A stretch of 64,000 nt of DNA. Origin: Macrostomum lignano. Taxonomy: Eukaryota. Of the stretch, positions 13,110 through 26,500 are shown in pieces. How positions within the stretch are numbered: the first letter of the stretch is position 1; each line of letters opens with the position of its first letter. The notes below the pieces were generated by a model. It was not told the DNA's origin. It saw only the letters and a list, made by a program, of their open reading frames with translations, and ran no database searches. Location: contig NIVC01001036.1 of the NCBI GenBank assembly GCA_002269645.1, positions 248,001 through 312,000 of the forward strand, given 5' to 3'. Made by a program: the position numbers and the translations under genes.

Positions 13110-16100
13110 TGGAAGCGGAGGCAGATTCAAAGACTGATTGAGGGAGAGTTGAGAGGCAAATTCAAGAACTGATTGATGGAGAGCTGAGAGGCAGATTCAA
13201 GGACTGATTGACGGAGAGCTGAGAGGCAGATTCAAGGACTGATTGAAGGAGAGTTGAGAGGCAGATTCAAGAACTGATTGATGGAGAGCTGAGAGGCAGA
13301 TTCAAGGACTGATTGATGGAGAGCTGAGAGGCAGATTCAAGGACTGATTGATGGAGAGCTGAGAGGCAGATTCAAGGACTGATTGATGGAGAGCTGAGAG
13401 GCAGATTCAAGGACTGATTGAGGGAGAGTTGAGAGGCAGATTCAAGGACTGATTGAGGGAGAGTTGAGAGGCAGATTCAAGGACTGATTGAGGGAGAGCT
13501 GAGAGGCAGATTCAAGGACTGATTGATGGAGAGCTGAGAGGCAGATTCAAGGACTGATTGAGGGAGAGTTGAGAGGCAGATTCAAGGACTGATTGGTGGA
13601 GAGCTGAGAGGCAGATTCAAGGACTGATTGAGGGAGAGTTGAGAGGCAGATTCAAGGACTGATTGATGGAGAGCTGAGAGGCAGATTCAAGAACTGATTG
13701 AGGGAGAGCTGAGAGGCAGATTCAAGGACTGATTGAGGGAGAGCTGAGAGGCAGATTCAAGGACTGATTGAGGGAGAGTTGAGAGGCAGATTCAAGGACT
13801 GATTGATGGAGAGCTGAGAGGCAGATTCAAGGACTGATTGATGGAGAGCTGAGAGGCAGATTCAAGGACTGATTGAGGGAGAGCTGAGAGGCAGATTCAA
13901 GGACTGATTGATGGAGAGCTGAGAGGCAGATTCAAGGACTGATTGATGGAGAGCTGAGAGGCAGATTCAAGAACTGATTGATGAAGAGCTGAGAGGCAGA
14001 TTCAAGGACTGATTGAGGGAGAGCTGAGAGGCAGATTCAAGGACTGATTGATGGAGAGCTGAGAGGCAGATTCAAGGACTGATTGTGGGAGAGTTGAGAG
14101 GCAGATTCAAGGACTGATTGAGCGAGAGCTGAGAGGCAGATTCAAGGACTGATTGACGGAGAGCTGAGAGGCAGATTCAAGGACTGATTGAGGGAGAGCT
14201 GAGAGGCAGATTCAAGAACTGATTGAGGGAGAGCTGAGAGGCAGATTCAAGGACTGATTGAGGGAGAGTTGAGAGGCAGATTCAAGGACTGATTGAGGGA
14301 GAGCTGAGAGGCAGATTCAAGGACTGATTGATGGAGAGCTGAGAGGCAGATTCAAGGACTGATTGAGGGAGAGTTGAGAGGCAGATTCAAGGACTGATTG
14401 AGGGAGAGCTGAGAGGCAGATTCAAGGACTGATTGAGGGAGAGTTGAGAGGCAGATTCAAGGACTGATTGAGGGAGAGTTGAGAGGCAGATTCAAGGACT
14501 GATTGAGGGAGAGCTGAGAGGCAGATTCAAGGACTGATTGATGGAGAGCTGAGAGGCAGATTCAAGGACTGATTGAGGGAGAGTTGAGAGGCAGATTCAA
14601 GGACTGATTGGTGGAGAGCTGAGAGGCAGATTCAAGAACTGATTGAGGGAGAGTTGAGAGGCAGATTCAAGGACTGATTGAGGGAGAGTTGAGAGGCAGA
14701 TTCAAGGACTGATTGAGGGAGAGCTGAGAGGCAGATTCAAGGACTGATTGATGGAGAGCTGAGAGGCAGATTCAAGGACTGATTGATGGAGAGCTGAGAG
14801 GCAGATTCAAGAACTGATTGATGAAGAGCTGAGAGGCAGATTCAAGGACTGATTGAGGGAGAGCTGAGAGGCAGATTCAAGGACTGATTGATGGAGAGCT
14901 GAGAGGCAGATTCAAGGACTGATTGTGGGAGAGTTGAGAGGCAGATTCAAGGACTGATTGAGCGAGAGCTGAGAGGCAGATTCAAGGACTGATTGACGGA
15001 GAGCTGAGAGGCAGATTCAAGGACTGATTGAGGGAGAGCTGAGAGGCAGATTCAAGGACTGATTGAGGGAGAGTTGAGAGGCAGATTCAAGGACTGATTG
15101 AGGGAGAGCTGAGAGGCAGATTCAAGGACTGATTGATGGAGAGCTGAGAGGCAGATTCAAGGACTGATTGATGGAGAGCTGAGAGGCAGATTCAAGAACT
15201 GATTGAGGGAGAGCTGAGAGGCAGATTCAAGGACTGATTGAGGGAGAGCTGAGAGGCAGATTCAAGGACTGATTGATGGAGAGCTGAGAGGCAGATTCAA
15301 GGACTGATTGAGGGAGAGTTGAGAGGCAGATTCAAGGACTGATTGGTGGAGAGCTGAGAGGCAGATTCAAGGACTGATTGAGGGAGAGTTGAGAGGCAGA
15401 TTCAAGGACTGATTGAGGGAGAGTTGAGAGGCAGATTCAAGGACTGATTGAGGGAGAGCTGAGAGGCAGATTCAAGGACTGATTGAGGGAGAGTTGAGAG
15501 GCAGATTCAAAGACTGATTGATGGAGAGCTGAGAGGCAGATTCAAGAACTGATTGATGGAGAGCTGAGAGGCAGATTCAAGGACTGATTGATGGAGAGCT
15601 GAGAGGCAGATTCAAGGACTGATTGATGGAGAGCTGAGAGGCAGATTCAAGGACTGATTGAGGGAGAGTTGAGAGGCAGATTCAAGGACTGATTGAGGGA
15701 GAGTTGAGAGGCAGATTCAAGGACTGATTGAGGGAGAGCTGAGAGGCAGATTCAAGGACTGATTGATGGAGAGCTGAGAGGCAGATTCAAGGACTGATTG
15801 AGGGAGAGTTGAGAGGCAGATTCAAGGACTGATTGGTGGAGAGCTGAGAGGCAGATTCAAGGACTGATTGAGGGAGAGTTGAGAGGCAGATTCAAGGACT
15901 GATTGAGGGAGAGTTGAGAGGCAGATTCAAGGACTGATTGGTGGAGAGCTGAGAGGCAGATTCAAGGACTGATTGAGGGAGAGTTGAGAGGCAGATTCAA
16001 AGACTGATTGATGGAGAGCTGAGAGGCAGATTCAAGAACTGATTGATGGAGAGCTGAGAGGCAGATTCAAGGACTGATTGAGGGAGAGCTGAGAGGCAGA

Positions 16101-18045
16101 TTCAAGGACTGATTGATGGAGAGCTGAGAGGCAGATTCAAGGACTGATTGAGGGAGAGTTGAGAGGCAGATTCAAGGACTGATTGAGGGAGAGCTGAGAG
16201 GCAGATTCAAGGACTGATTGATGGAGAGCTGAGAGGCAGATTCAAGGACTGATTGATGGAGAGCTGAGAGGCAGATTCAAGGACTGATTGATGGAGAGCT
16301 GAGAGGCAGATTCAAGGACTGATTGAGGGAGAGCTGAGAGGCAGATTCAAGGACTGATTGAGGAGAGCTGAGAGGCAGATTCAAGGACTGATTGAGGGAG
16401 AGCTGAGAGGCAGATTCAAGGACTGATTGATGGAGAGCTGAGAGGCAGATTCAAGGACTGATTGAGGGAGATCTGAGAGGCAGATTCAAGGACTGATTGA
16501 TGGAGAGCTGAGAGGCAGATTCAAGGACTGATTGATGGAGAGCTGAGAGGCAGATTCAAGAACTGATTGATGGAGAGCTGAGAGGCAGATTCAAGGACTG
16601 ATTGAGGGAGAGCTGAGAGGCAGATTCAAGGACTGATTGATGGAGAGCTGAGAGGCAGATTCAAGGACTGATTGTGGGAGAGTTGAGAGGCAGATTCAAG
16701 GGCTGATTGATGGAGAGCTGAGAGGCAGATTCAAGGACTGATTGATGGAGAGCTGAGAGGCAGATTCAAGGACTGATTGAGGGAGAGCTGAGAGGCAGAT
16801 TCAAGGACTGATTGAGGGAGAGCTGAGAGGCAGATTCAAGGACTGATTGGTGGAGAGCTGAGAGGCAGATTCAAGGACTGATTGAGGGAGAGCTGAGAGG
16901 CAGATTCAAGGACTGATTGATGGAGAGCTGAGAGGCAGATTCAAGGGCTGATTGATGGAGAGCTGAGAGGCAGATTTAAGGACTGATTGATGGAGAGCTG
17001 AGAGGCAGATTCAAGGACTGATTGTGGGAGAGTTGAGAGGCAGATTCAAGAACTGATTGAGCGAGAGCTGAGAGGCAGATTCAAGGACTGATTGATGGAG
17101 AGCTGAGAGGCAGATTCAAGGACTGATTGAGGGAGAGCTGAGAGGCAGATTCAAGAACTGATTGAGGGAGAGCTGAGAGGCAGATTCAAGGACTGATTGA
17201 GGGAGAGTTGAGAGGCAGATTCAAGGACTGATTGAGGGAGAGCTGAGAGGCAGATTCAAGGACTGATTGATGGAGAGCTGAGAGGCAGATTCAAGGACTG
17301 ATTGAGGGAGAGCTGAGAGGCAGATTCAAGGACTGATTGAGAGAGAGTTGAGAGGCAGATTCAAGGACTGATTGAGGGAGAGCTGAGAGGCAGATTCAAG
17401 GACTGATTGATGGAGAGCTGAGAGGCAGATTCAAGGACTGATTGAGGGAGAGCTGAGAGGCAGATTCAAGGACTGATTGATGGAGAGCTGAGAGGCAGAT
17501 TCAAGGACTGATTGTGGGAGAGTTGAGAGGCAGATTCAAGGACTGATTGTGGGAGAGTTGAGAGGCAGATTCAAGGACTGATTGAGCGAGAGCTGAGAGG
17601 CAGATTCAAGAACTGATTGAGGGAGAGCTGAGAGGCAGATTCAAGGACTGATTGAGGGAGAGCTGAGAGGCAGATTCAAGGACTGATTGAGGGAGAGCTG
17701 AGAGGCAGATTCAAGGACTGATTGATGGAGAGCTGAGAGGCAGATTCAAGGACTGATTGGTGGAGAGCTGAGAGGCAGATTCAAGGACTGATTGAGGGAG
17801 AGCTGAGAGGCAGATTCAAGGACTGATTGAGGGAGAGCTGAGAGGCAGATTCAAGGACTGATTGGTGGAGAGCTGAGAGGCAGATTCAAGGACTGATTGA
17901 GGGAGAGCTGAGAGGCAGATTCAAGGACTGATTGATGGAGAGCTGAGAGGCAGATTCAAGGACTGATTGGTGGAGAGCTGAGAGGCAGATTCAAGAACTG
18001 ATTGATGGAGAGCTGAGAGGCAGATTCAAGGACAGATTCAAAGTA
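13110..18045. repeat. 35-bp minisatellite (GAGCTGAGAGGCAGATTCAAGGACTGATTGATGGA), about 140 copies
   Basis: Regular 35-bp period with point variants. Confidence 0.98.
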
Positions 18046-18118
18046 GTAGTTGCACTTTGAATAAAAGCGCCGGAGCAGCATACAAAGCTTTACAGCCTCA
18101 ACAGCCCTAAAAAGGGAA

Positions 18119-18863
18119 TCAGGCATAATCGGGCAGCGTTTCCAAGAAAGCGGTCACGGTGTCGCAGCCGCGGTCCCTGGCCAGCTGCAGCGGCGACCGG
18201 CCGAGCAAGTCGAGCGGCTTGGCCGGCACCCGGACCTCGCGGCAGAGAAATCGCACCACATGCAGGTGGCCGTGCAAAGCGGCCGTGTGCAGCGGAGTGA
18301 AGCGGTTGTAGTCGGTGAGGCGCAGGTCCGACCCGGCGGTCCAGTGCATTCGCAGGGAGGCCAAATCGCCGGTTGCAGCCAGGGCGTTCAGCCGGGAGCC
18401 AGTCTGGGCCAGGGAGCGGCCGCTGGCGCCACCAACGCTGGCTAGCAGCTGGGCGAGCTCGGCGTCGCCTCGGTCTAGCGCAATGTCCAAGGCGGTGCGG
18501 CAGCGCTCGTCCTTGGCGTGCAGAGCGGCGCCGCGGTGCAGCAGATAGCGGACCATGTCGGTGCGGCCGTGCGCGGCGGCCAGGTGAAGCGGGCCGGCGC
18601 GGAATTTATATTTGCCGGAGTTCAACGTGGCCAAGTTGAACTCGCTGCCGCGGAGCAGCTGCTCAGCCCGGTCAAAGTGGCCGGAGACAGCCAGGGCGTT
18701 GAGCAGGGCCGGGGCAAAGTAGTCGCGCGACAGGGTGATACCGGCGAATGCGCACTGGTCGGATAGGTGGGCGCACATGCGGTCTAGCAGGGCCGGCTGG
18801 TCGGTCTGCGGATGGCGAGCCAATTCAGGCATATGGAGATAGGGCGGGAATGCAAAGGGGATG
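18119..18863 (-). CDS. ASPG: Asparaginase/60 kDa lysophospholipase, exon 4 (ankyrin repeats)
   Basis: Ankyrin motifs GPLHLAAAHGRTDMVRYLLHRGA and FTPLHTAALHGHLHVVRFLC; stop at 18119. Putative acceptor CCATAG|C at 18864 is phase-compatible with exon 3 (boundary less certain). Confidence 0.82.
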
Positions 18864-19074
18864 CTATGGCCTAGTTACTAGGTCACGGAAGCGCTTTAGG
18901 CGAGGAGGCTAGCAGTCATGCCCGTTTTGCTGACCCCTGAGTACGCACATGCATTATACGTAAGCAGGCACACGCAGTCACAGGTTGTACAGCGACCTTA
19001 ACTTTCGTATTGATAGGCATGTAAACACTCTGCACCTTAGGGCTCGGCTCTCCGGGCCAAACCAATGTGGTCTA

Positions 19075-19935
19075 CTACAGAATGGGAGCTACAGAAGGGG
19101 AAGATGGAATGGGAGCTGTAGAAGGGGAAGATGGAATGGGAGCTGCAGAAGGGGAAGATGGAATGGGAGCTGCAGAAGGGGAAGATGGAATGGGAGCTGC
19201 AGAAGGGGAAGATGGAATGGGAGCTACAGAAGGGGAAGATGGAATGGGAGCTACAGAAGGGGAAGATGGAATGGGAGCTGCAGAAGGGGAAGATGGAATG
19301 GGAGCTGCAGAAGGGGAAGATGGAATGGGAGCTGCAGAAGGGGGAGATGGAATGGGAGCTACAGAAAGGGAAGATGGAATGGGAGCTACAGATAGGGAAG
19401 ATGGAATGGGAGCTACAGAAAGGGAAGATGGAATGGGAGCTACAGATAGGGAAGATGGAATGGGAGCTACAGATAGGGAAGATGGAATGGGAGCTACAGA
19501 TAGGGAAGATGGAATGGGAGCTACAGAAAGGGAAGATGGAATGGGAGCTACAGATAGGGAAGATGGAATGGGAGCTACAGATAGGGAAGATGGAATGGGA
19601 GCTGTAGAAGGGAAGATGGAATGGGAGCTGCAGAAGGGGAAGATGGAATGGGAGCTGCAGAAGGGGAAGATGGAATGGGAGCTGCAGAAGGGGAAGATGG
19701 AATGGGATCTGCAGAAGGGGGAGATGGAATGGGAGCTACAGAAAGGGAAGATGGAATGGGAGCTACAGATAGGGAAGATGGAATGGGAGCTACAGAAAGG
19801 GAAGATGGAATGGGAGCTACAGATAGGGAAGATGGAATGGGAGCTACAGATAGGGAAGATGGAATGGGAGCTGTAGAAGGGAAGATGGAATGGGATGGGA
19901 GCTGCAAATGAGATGGAATGGGAGCTGCAGAAGGG
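19075..19935. repeat. 27/26-bp minisatellite (GGGAGCTGCAGAAGGGGAAGATGGAAT) in ASPG intron 3
   Basis: About 32 tandem units. Confidence 0.96.
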
Positions 19936-20066
19936 AAGGTGGGATTGGCGAAGATACAGCGGCGATGGATGGAGACTGAATCTATCTTAAATAAAAATGA
20001 CATGCCACACAAGCAAGCTACTGCAAGTAGGCACACAGAGAACGGTAGAATAAATGAGCACTCAAC

Positions 20067-20505
20067 CCGAGCCTGATCAATCGGGCGCGCCTCTCGCCGT
20101 CCTGCTCGACGCCTTCGGAAAAGTCGGCAACGGAGGTGGCCTCGCCGCGAAGGCTTCGCTGTAATTTGCGCCGCTTGTGCTCCAGCGGCCAGTCCTCCTT
20201 GCTGAGCACGTAGGCCAGCTTGGACAGGGCCGCCTCCGGGACCATGTCGGCGCCGGACAGGACACCGGCCTCGGCCAGCACCTGTCCGGTGCGATAGATG
20301 ACGGAGACTGGGCCGCGCTGGCACTGGGATATGTTAACAACCAGCACGCCGCGGTCGCTGGCCTCGCGCAGTGCGGCCAGCATAGAGTCATTAATTGGGA
20401 AATTTCCGGCTCCGTAGGATTGCAGCACCAAGCGCGGATTGGCGGCTTGAGGAACTCGCAGATTAGCTGCGTTGTCATGGAGGGGAACAGGCGGAGTAGG
20501 ATCAC
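20067..20505 (-). CDS. ASPG: Asparaginase, exon 3 (C-terminal asparaginase domain), with a 1-nt frameshift near 20432
   Basis: Acceptor TTGCAG|GTG. VILLRLFPSMTTQLICEFLKPPIR continues in a shifted frame as LVLQSYGAGNFP...GVLVVNISQC...ADMVPEAALSKLAYVL...LRGE, matching the type I asparaginase C-domain. Putative donor GG|GTTGAG. Confidence 0.85.
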
Positions 20506-20589
20506 CTGCAATTCGAATTTGGGTTAGTAACGGTGTTAACTGTGCAGCAACTGATCTGAAATGAGCAATGAATCATGTTGTCTTTTGTG

Positions 20590-23500
20590 AGTATGCACGC
20601 GTTCACACCTGTCTTTCATGACTATCTACCAGTGTTCACGCCTGTCTTTCATGACTATCTACCAGTGTTCACGCCTGTCTTTCATGACTATCTACCAGTG
20701 TTCACGCCTGTCTTTCATGACTATCTGTACCAGTGTTCACGCCTGTCTTTCATGACTATCTACCAGTGTTCACGCCTGTCTTTCATGACTATCTACCAGT
20801 GTTCACACCTGTCTTTCATGACTATCTACCAGTGTTCACGCCTGTCTTTCATGACTATCTACCAGTGTTCACGCCTGTCTTTCATGACTATCTACCAGTG
20901 TTCACGCCTGTCTTTCATGACTATCTGTACCAGTGTTCACACCTGTCTTTCATGACTATCTACCAGTGTTCACGCCTGTCTTTCATGACTATCTACCAGT
21001 GTTCACGCCTGTCTTTCATGACTATCTACCAGTGTTCACGCCTGTCTTTCATGACTATCTGTACCAGTGTTCACGCCTGTCTTTCATGACTATCTACCAG
21101 TGTTCACGCCTGTCTTTCATGACTATCTACCAGTGTTCACGCCTGTCTTTCATGACTATCTGTACCAGTGTTCACGCCTGTCTTTCATGACTATCTACCA
21201 GTGTTCACGCCTGTCTTTCATGACTATCTACCAGTGTTCACGCCTGTCTTTCATGACTATCTGTACCAGTGTTCACGCCTGTCTTTCATGACTATCTACC
21301 AGTGTTCACGCCTGTCTTTCATGACTATCTACCAGTGTTCACGCCTGTCTTTCATGACTATCTGCCAGTGTTCACGCCTGTCTTTCATGACTATCTGCCA
21401 GTGTTCACGCCTGTCTTTCATGACTATCTACCAGTGTTCACGCCTGTCTTTCATGACTATCTGCCAGTGTTCACGCCTGTCTTTCATGACTATCTGCCAG
21501 TGTTCACGCCTGTCTTTCATGACTATCTACCAGTGTTCACGCCTGTCTTTCATGACTATCTACCAGTGTTCACGCCTGTCTTTCATGACTATCTACCAGT
21601 GTTCACGCCTGTCTTTCATGACTATCTACCAGTGTTCACGCCTGTCTTTCATGACTATCTACCAGTGTTCACGCCTGTCTTTCATGACTATCTACCAGTG
21701 TTCACGCCTGTCTTTCATGACTATCTACCAGTGTTCACGCCTGTCTTTCATGACTATCTACCAGTGTTCACGCCTGTCTTTCATGACTATCTACCAGTGT
21801 TCACGCCTGTCTTTCATGACTATCTACCAGTGTTCACGCCTGTCTTTCATGACTATCTACCAGTGTTCACGCCTGTCTTTCATGACTATCTACCAGTGTT
21901 CACGCCTGTCTTTCATGACTATCTACCAGTGTTCACGCCTGTCTTTCATGACTATCTACCAGTGTTCACGCCTGTCTTTCATGACTATCTACCAGTGTTC
22001 ACGCCTGTCTTTCATGACTATCTGCCAGTGTTCACGCCTGTCTTTCATGACTATCTACCAGTGTTCACGCCTGTCTTTCATGACTATCTACCAGTGTTCA
22101 CGCCTGTCTTTCATGACTATCTACCAGTGTTCACGCCTGTCTTTCATGACTATCTACCAGTGTTCACGCCTGTCTTTCATGACTATCTGCCAGTGTTCAC
22201 GCCTGTCTTTCATGACTATCTACCAGTGTTCACGCCTGTCTTTCATGACTATCTACCAGTGTTCACGCCTGTCTTTCATGACTATCTGTACCAGTGTTCA
22301 CGCCTGTCTTTCATGACTATCTACCAGTGTTCACGCCTGTCTTTCATGACTATCTACCAGTGTTCACGCCTGTCTTTCATGACTATCTGTACCAGTGTTC
22401 ACGCCTGTCTTTCATGACTATCTACCAGTGTTCACGCCTGTCTTTCATGACTATCTACCAGTGTTCACGCCTGTCTTTCATGACTATCTACCAGTGTTCA
22501 CGCCTGTCTTTCATGACTATCTACCAGTGTTCACGCCTGTCTTTCATGACTATCTACCAGTGTTCACGCCTGTCTTTCATGACTATCTACCAGTGTTCAC
22601 GCCTGTCTTTCATGACTATCTACCAGTGTTCACGCCTGTCTTTCATGACTATCTACCAGTGTTCACGCCTGTCTTTCATGACTATCTACCAGTGTTCACG
22701 CCTGTCTTTCATGACTATCTACCAGTGTTCACGCCTGTCTTTCATGACTATCTACCAGTGTTCACGCCTGTCTTTCATGACTATCTACCAGTGTTCACGC
22801 CTGTCTTTCATGACTATCTACCAGTGTTCACGCCTGTCTTTCATGACTATCTGTACCAGTGTTCACGCCTGTCTTTCATGACTATCTACCAGTGTTCACG
22901 CCTGTCTTTCATGACTATCTACCAGTGTTCACGCCTGTCTTTCATGACTATCTACCAGTGTTCACGCCTGTCTTTCATGACTATCTACCAGTGTTCACGC
23001 CTGTCTTTCATGACTATCTACCAGTGTTCACGCCTGTCTTTCATGACTATCTACCAGTGTTCACGCCTGTCTTTCATGACTATCTACCAGTGTTCACGCC
23101 TGTCTTTCATGACTATCTACCAGTGTTCACGCCTGTCTTTCATGACTATCTACCAGTGTTCACGCCTGTCTTTCATGACTATCTACCAGTGTTCACGCCT
23201 GTCTTTCATGACTATCTACCAGTGTTCACGCCTGTCTTTCATGACTATCTACCAGTGTTCACGCCTGTCTTTCATGACTATCTACCAGTGTTCACGCCTG
23301 TCTTTCATGACTATCTACCAGTGTTCACGCCTGTCTTTCATGACTATCTACCAGTGTTCACGCCTGTCTTTCATGACTATCTACCAGTGTTCACGCCTGT
23401 CTTTCATGACTATCTACCAGTGTTCACGCCTGTCTTTCATGACTATCTACCAGTGTTCACGCCTGTCTTTCATGACTATCTACCAGTGTTCACGCCTGTC

Positions 23501-26500
23501 TTTCATGACTATCTACCAGTGTTCACGCCTGTCTTTCATGACTATCTACCAGTGTTCACGCCTGTCTTTCATGACTATCTGTACCAGTGTTCACGCCTGT
23601 CTTTCATGACTATCTACCAGTGTTCACGCCTGTCTTTCATGACTATCTACCAGTGTTCACGCCTGTCTTTCATGACTATCTACCAGTGTTCACGCCTGTC
23701 TTTCATGACTATCTACCAGTGTTCACGCCTGTCTTTCATGACTATCTACCAGTGTTCACGCCTGTCTTTCATGACTATCTACCAGTGTTCACGCCTGTCT
23801 TTCATGACTATCTACCAGTGTTCACGCCTGTCTTTCATGACTATCTACCAGTGTTCACGCCTGTCTTTCATGACTATCTACCAGTGTTCACGCCTGTCTT
23901 TCATGACTATCTACCAGTGTTCACGCCTGTCTTTCATGACTATCTACCAGTGTTCACGCCTGTCTTTCATGACTATCTACCAGTGTTCACGCCTGTCTTT
24001 CATGACTATCTACCAGTGTTCACGCCTGTCTTTCATGACTATCTACCAGTGTTCACGCCTGTCTTTCATGACTATCTACCAGTGTTCACGCCTGTCTTTC
24101 ATGACTATCTACCAGTGTTCACGCCTGTCTTTCATGACTATCTACCAGTGTTCACGCCTGTCTTTCATGACTATCTACCAGTGTTCACGCCTGTCTTTCA
24201 TGACTATCTACCAGTGTTCACGCCTGTCTTTCATGACTATCTACCAGTGTTCACGCCTGTCTTTCATGACTATCTACCAGTGTTCACGCCTGTCTTTCAT
24301 GACTATCTACCAGTGTTCACGCCTGTCTTTCATGACTATCTACCAGTGTTCACGCCTGTCTTTCATGACTATCTACCAGTGTTCACGCCTGTCTTTCATG
24401 ACTATCTACCAGTGTTCACGCCTGTCTTTCATGACTATCTACCAGTGTTCACGCCTGTCTTTCATGACTATCTACCAGTGTTCACGCCTGTCTTTCATGA
24501 CTATCTACCAGTGTTCACGCCTGTCTTTCATGACTATCTACCAGTGTTCACGCCTGTCTTTCATGACTATCTACCAGTGTTCACGCCTGTCTTTCATGAC
24601 TATCTACCAGTGTTCACGCCTGTCTTTCATGACTATCTACCAGTGTTCACGCCTGTCTTTCATGACTATCTACCAGTGTTCACGCCTGTCTTTCATGACT
24701 ATCTACCAGTGTTCACGCCTGTCTTTCATGACTATCTACCAGTGTTCACGCCTGTCTTTCATGACTATCTACCAGTGTTCACGCCTGTCTTTCATGACTA
24801 TCTACCAGTGTTCACGCCTGTCTTTCATGACTATCTACCAGTGTTCACGCCTGTCTTTCATGACTATCTACCAGTGTTCACGCCTGTCTTTCATGACTAT
24901 CTACCAGTGTTCACGCCTGTCTTTCATGACTATCTACCAGTGTTCACGCCTGTCTTTCATGACTATCTACCAGTGTTCACGCCTGTCTTTCATGACTATC
25001 TACCAGTGTTCACGCCTGTCTTTCATGACTATCTACCAGTGTTCACGCCTGTCTTTCATGACTATCTACCAGTGTTCACGCCTGTCTTTCATGACTATCT
25101 ACCAGTGTTCACGCCTGTCTTTCATGACTATCTACCAGTGTTCACGCCTGTCTTTCATGACTATCTACCAGTGTTCACGCCTGTCTTTCATGACTATCTA
25201 CCAGTGTTCACGCCTGTCTTTCATGACTATCTACCAGTGTTCACGCCTGTCTTTCATGACTATCTACCAGTGTTCACGCCTGTCTTTCATGACTATCTAC
25301 CAGTGTTCACGCCTGTCTTTCATGACTATCTACCAGTGTTCACGCCTGTCTTTCATGACTATCTACCAGTGTTCACGCCTGTCTTTCATGACTATCTACC
25401 AGTGTTCACGCCTGTCTTTCATGACTATCTACCAGTGTTCACGCCTGTCTTTCATGACTATCTACCAGTGTTCACGCCTGTCTTTCATGACTATCTACCA
25501 GTGTTCACGCCTGTCTTTCATGACTATCTACCAGTGTTCACGCCTGTCTTTCATGACTATCTACCAGTGTTCACGCCTGTCTTTCATGACTATCTACCAG
25601 TGTTCACGCCTGTCTTTCATGACTATCTACCAGTGTTCACGCCTGTCTTTCATGACTATCTACCAGTGTTCACGCCTGTCTTTCATGACTATCTACCAGT
25701 GTTCACGCCTGTCTTTCATGACTATCTACCAGTGTTCACGCCTGTCTTTCATGACTATCTACCAGTGTTCACGCCTGTCTTTCATGACTATCTACCAGTG
25801 TTCACGCCTGTCTTTCATGACTATCTACCAGTGTTCACGCCTGTCTTTCATGACTATCTACCAGTGTTCACGCCTGTCTTTCATGACTATCTACCAGTGT
25901 TCACGCCTGTCTTTCATGACTATCTACCAGTGTTCACGCCTGTCTTTCATGACTATCTACCAGTGTTCACGCCTGTCTTTCATGACTATCTACCAGTGTT
26001 CACGCCTGTCTTTCATGACTATCTACCAGTGTTCACGCCTGTCTTTCATGACTATCTACCAGTGTTCACGCCTGTCTTTCATGACTATCTACCAGTGTTC
26101 ACGCCTGTCTTTCATGACTATCTACCAGTGTTCACGCCTGTCTTTCATGACTATCTACCAGTGTTCACGCCTGTCTTTCATGACTATCTACCAGTGTTCA
26201 CGCCTGTCTTTCATGACTATCTACCAGTGTTCACGCCTGTCTTTCATGACTATCTACCAGTGTTCACGCCTGTCTTTCATGACTATCTACCAGTGTTCAC
26301 GCCTGTCTTTCATGACTATCTACCAGTGTTCACGCCTGTCTTTCATGACTATCTACCAGTGTTCACGCCTGTCTTTCATGACTATCTACCAGTGTTCACG
26401 CCTGTCTTTCATGACTATCTACCAGTGTTCACGCCTGTCTTTCATGACTATCTACCAGTGTTCACGCCTGTCTTTCATGACTATCTACCAGTGTTCACGC

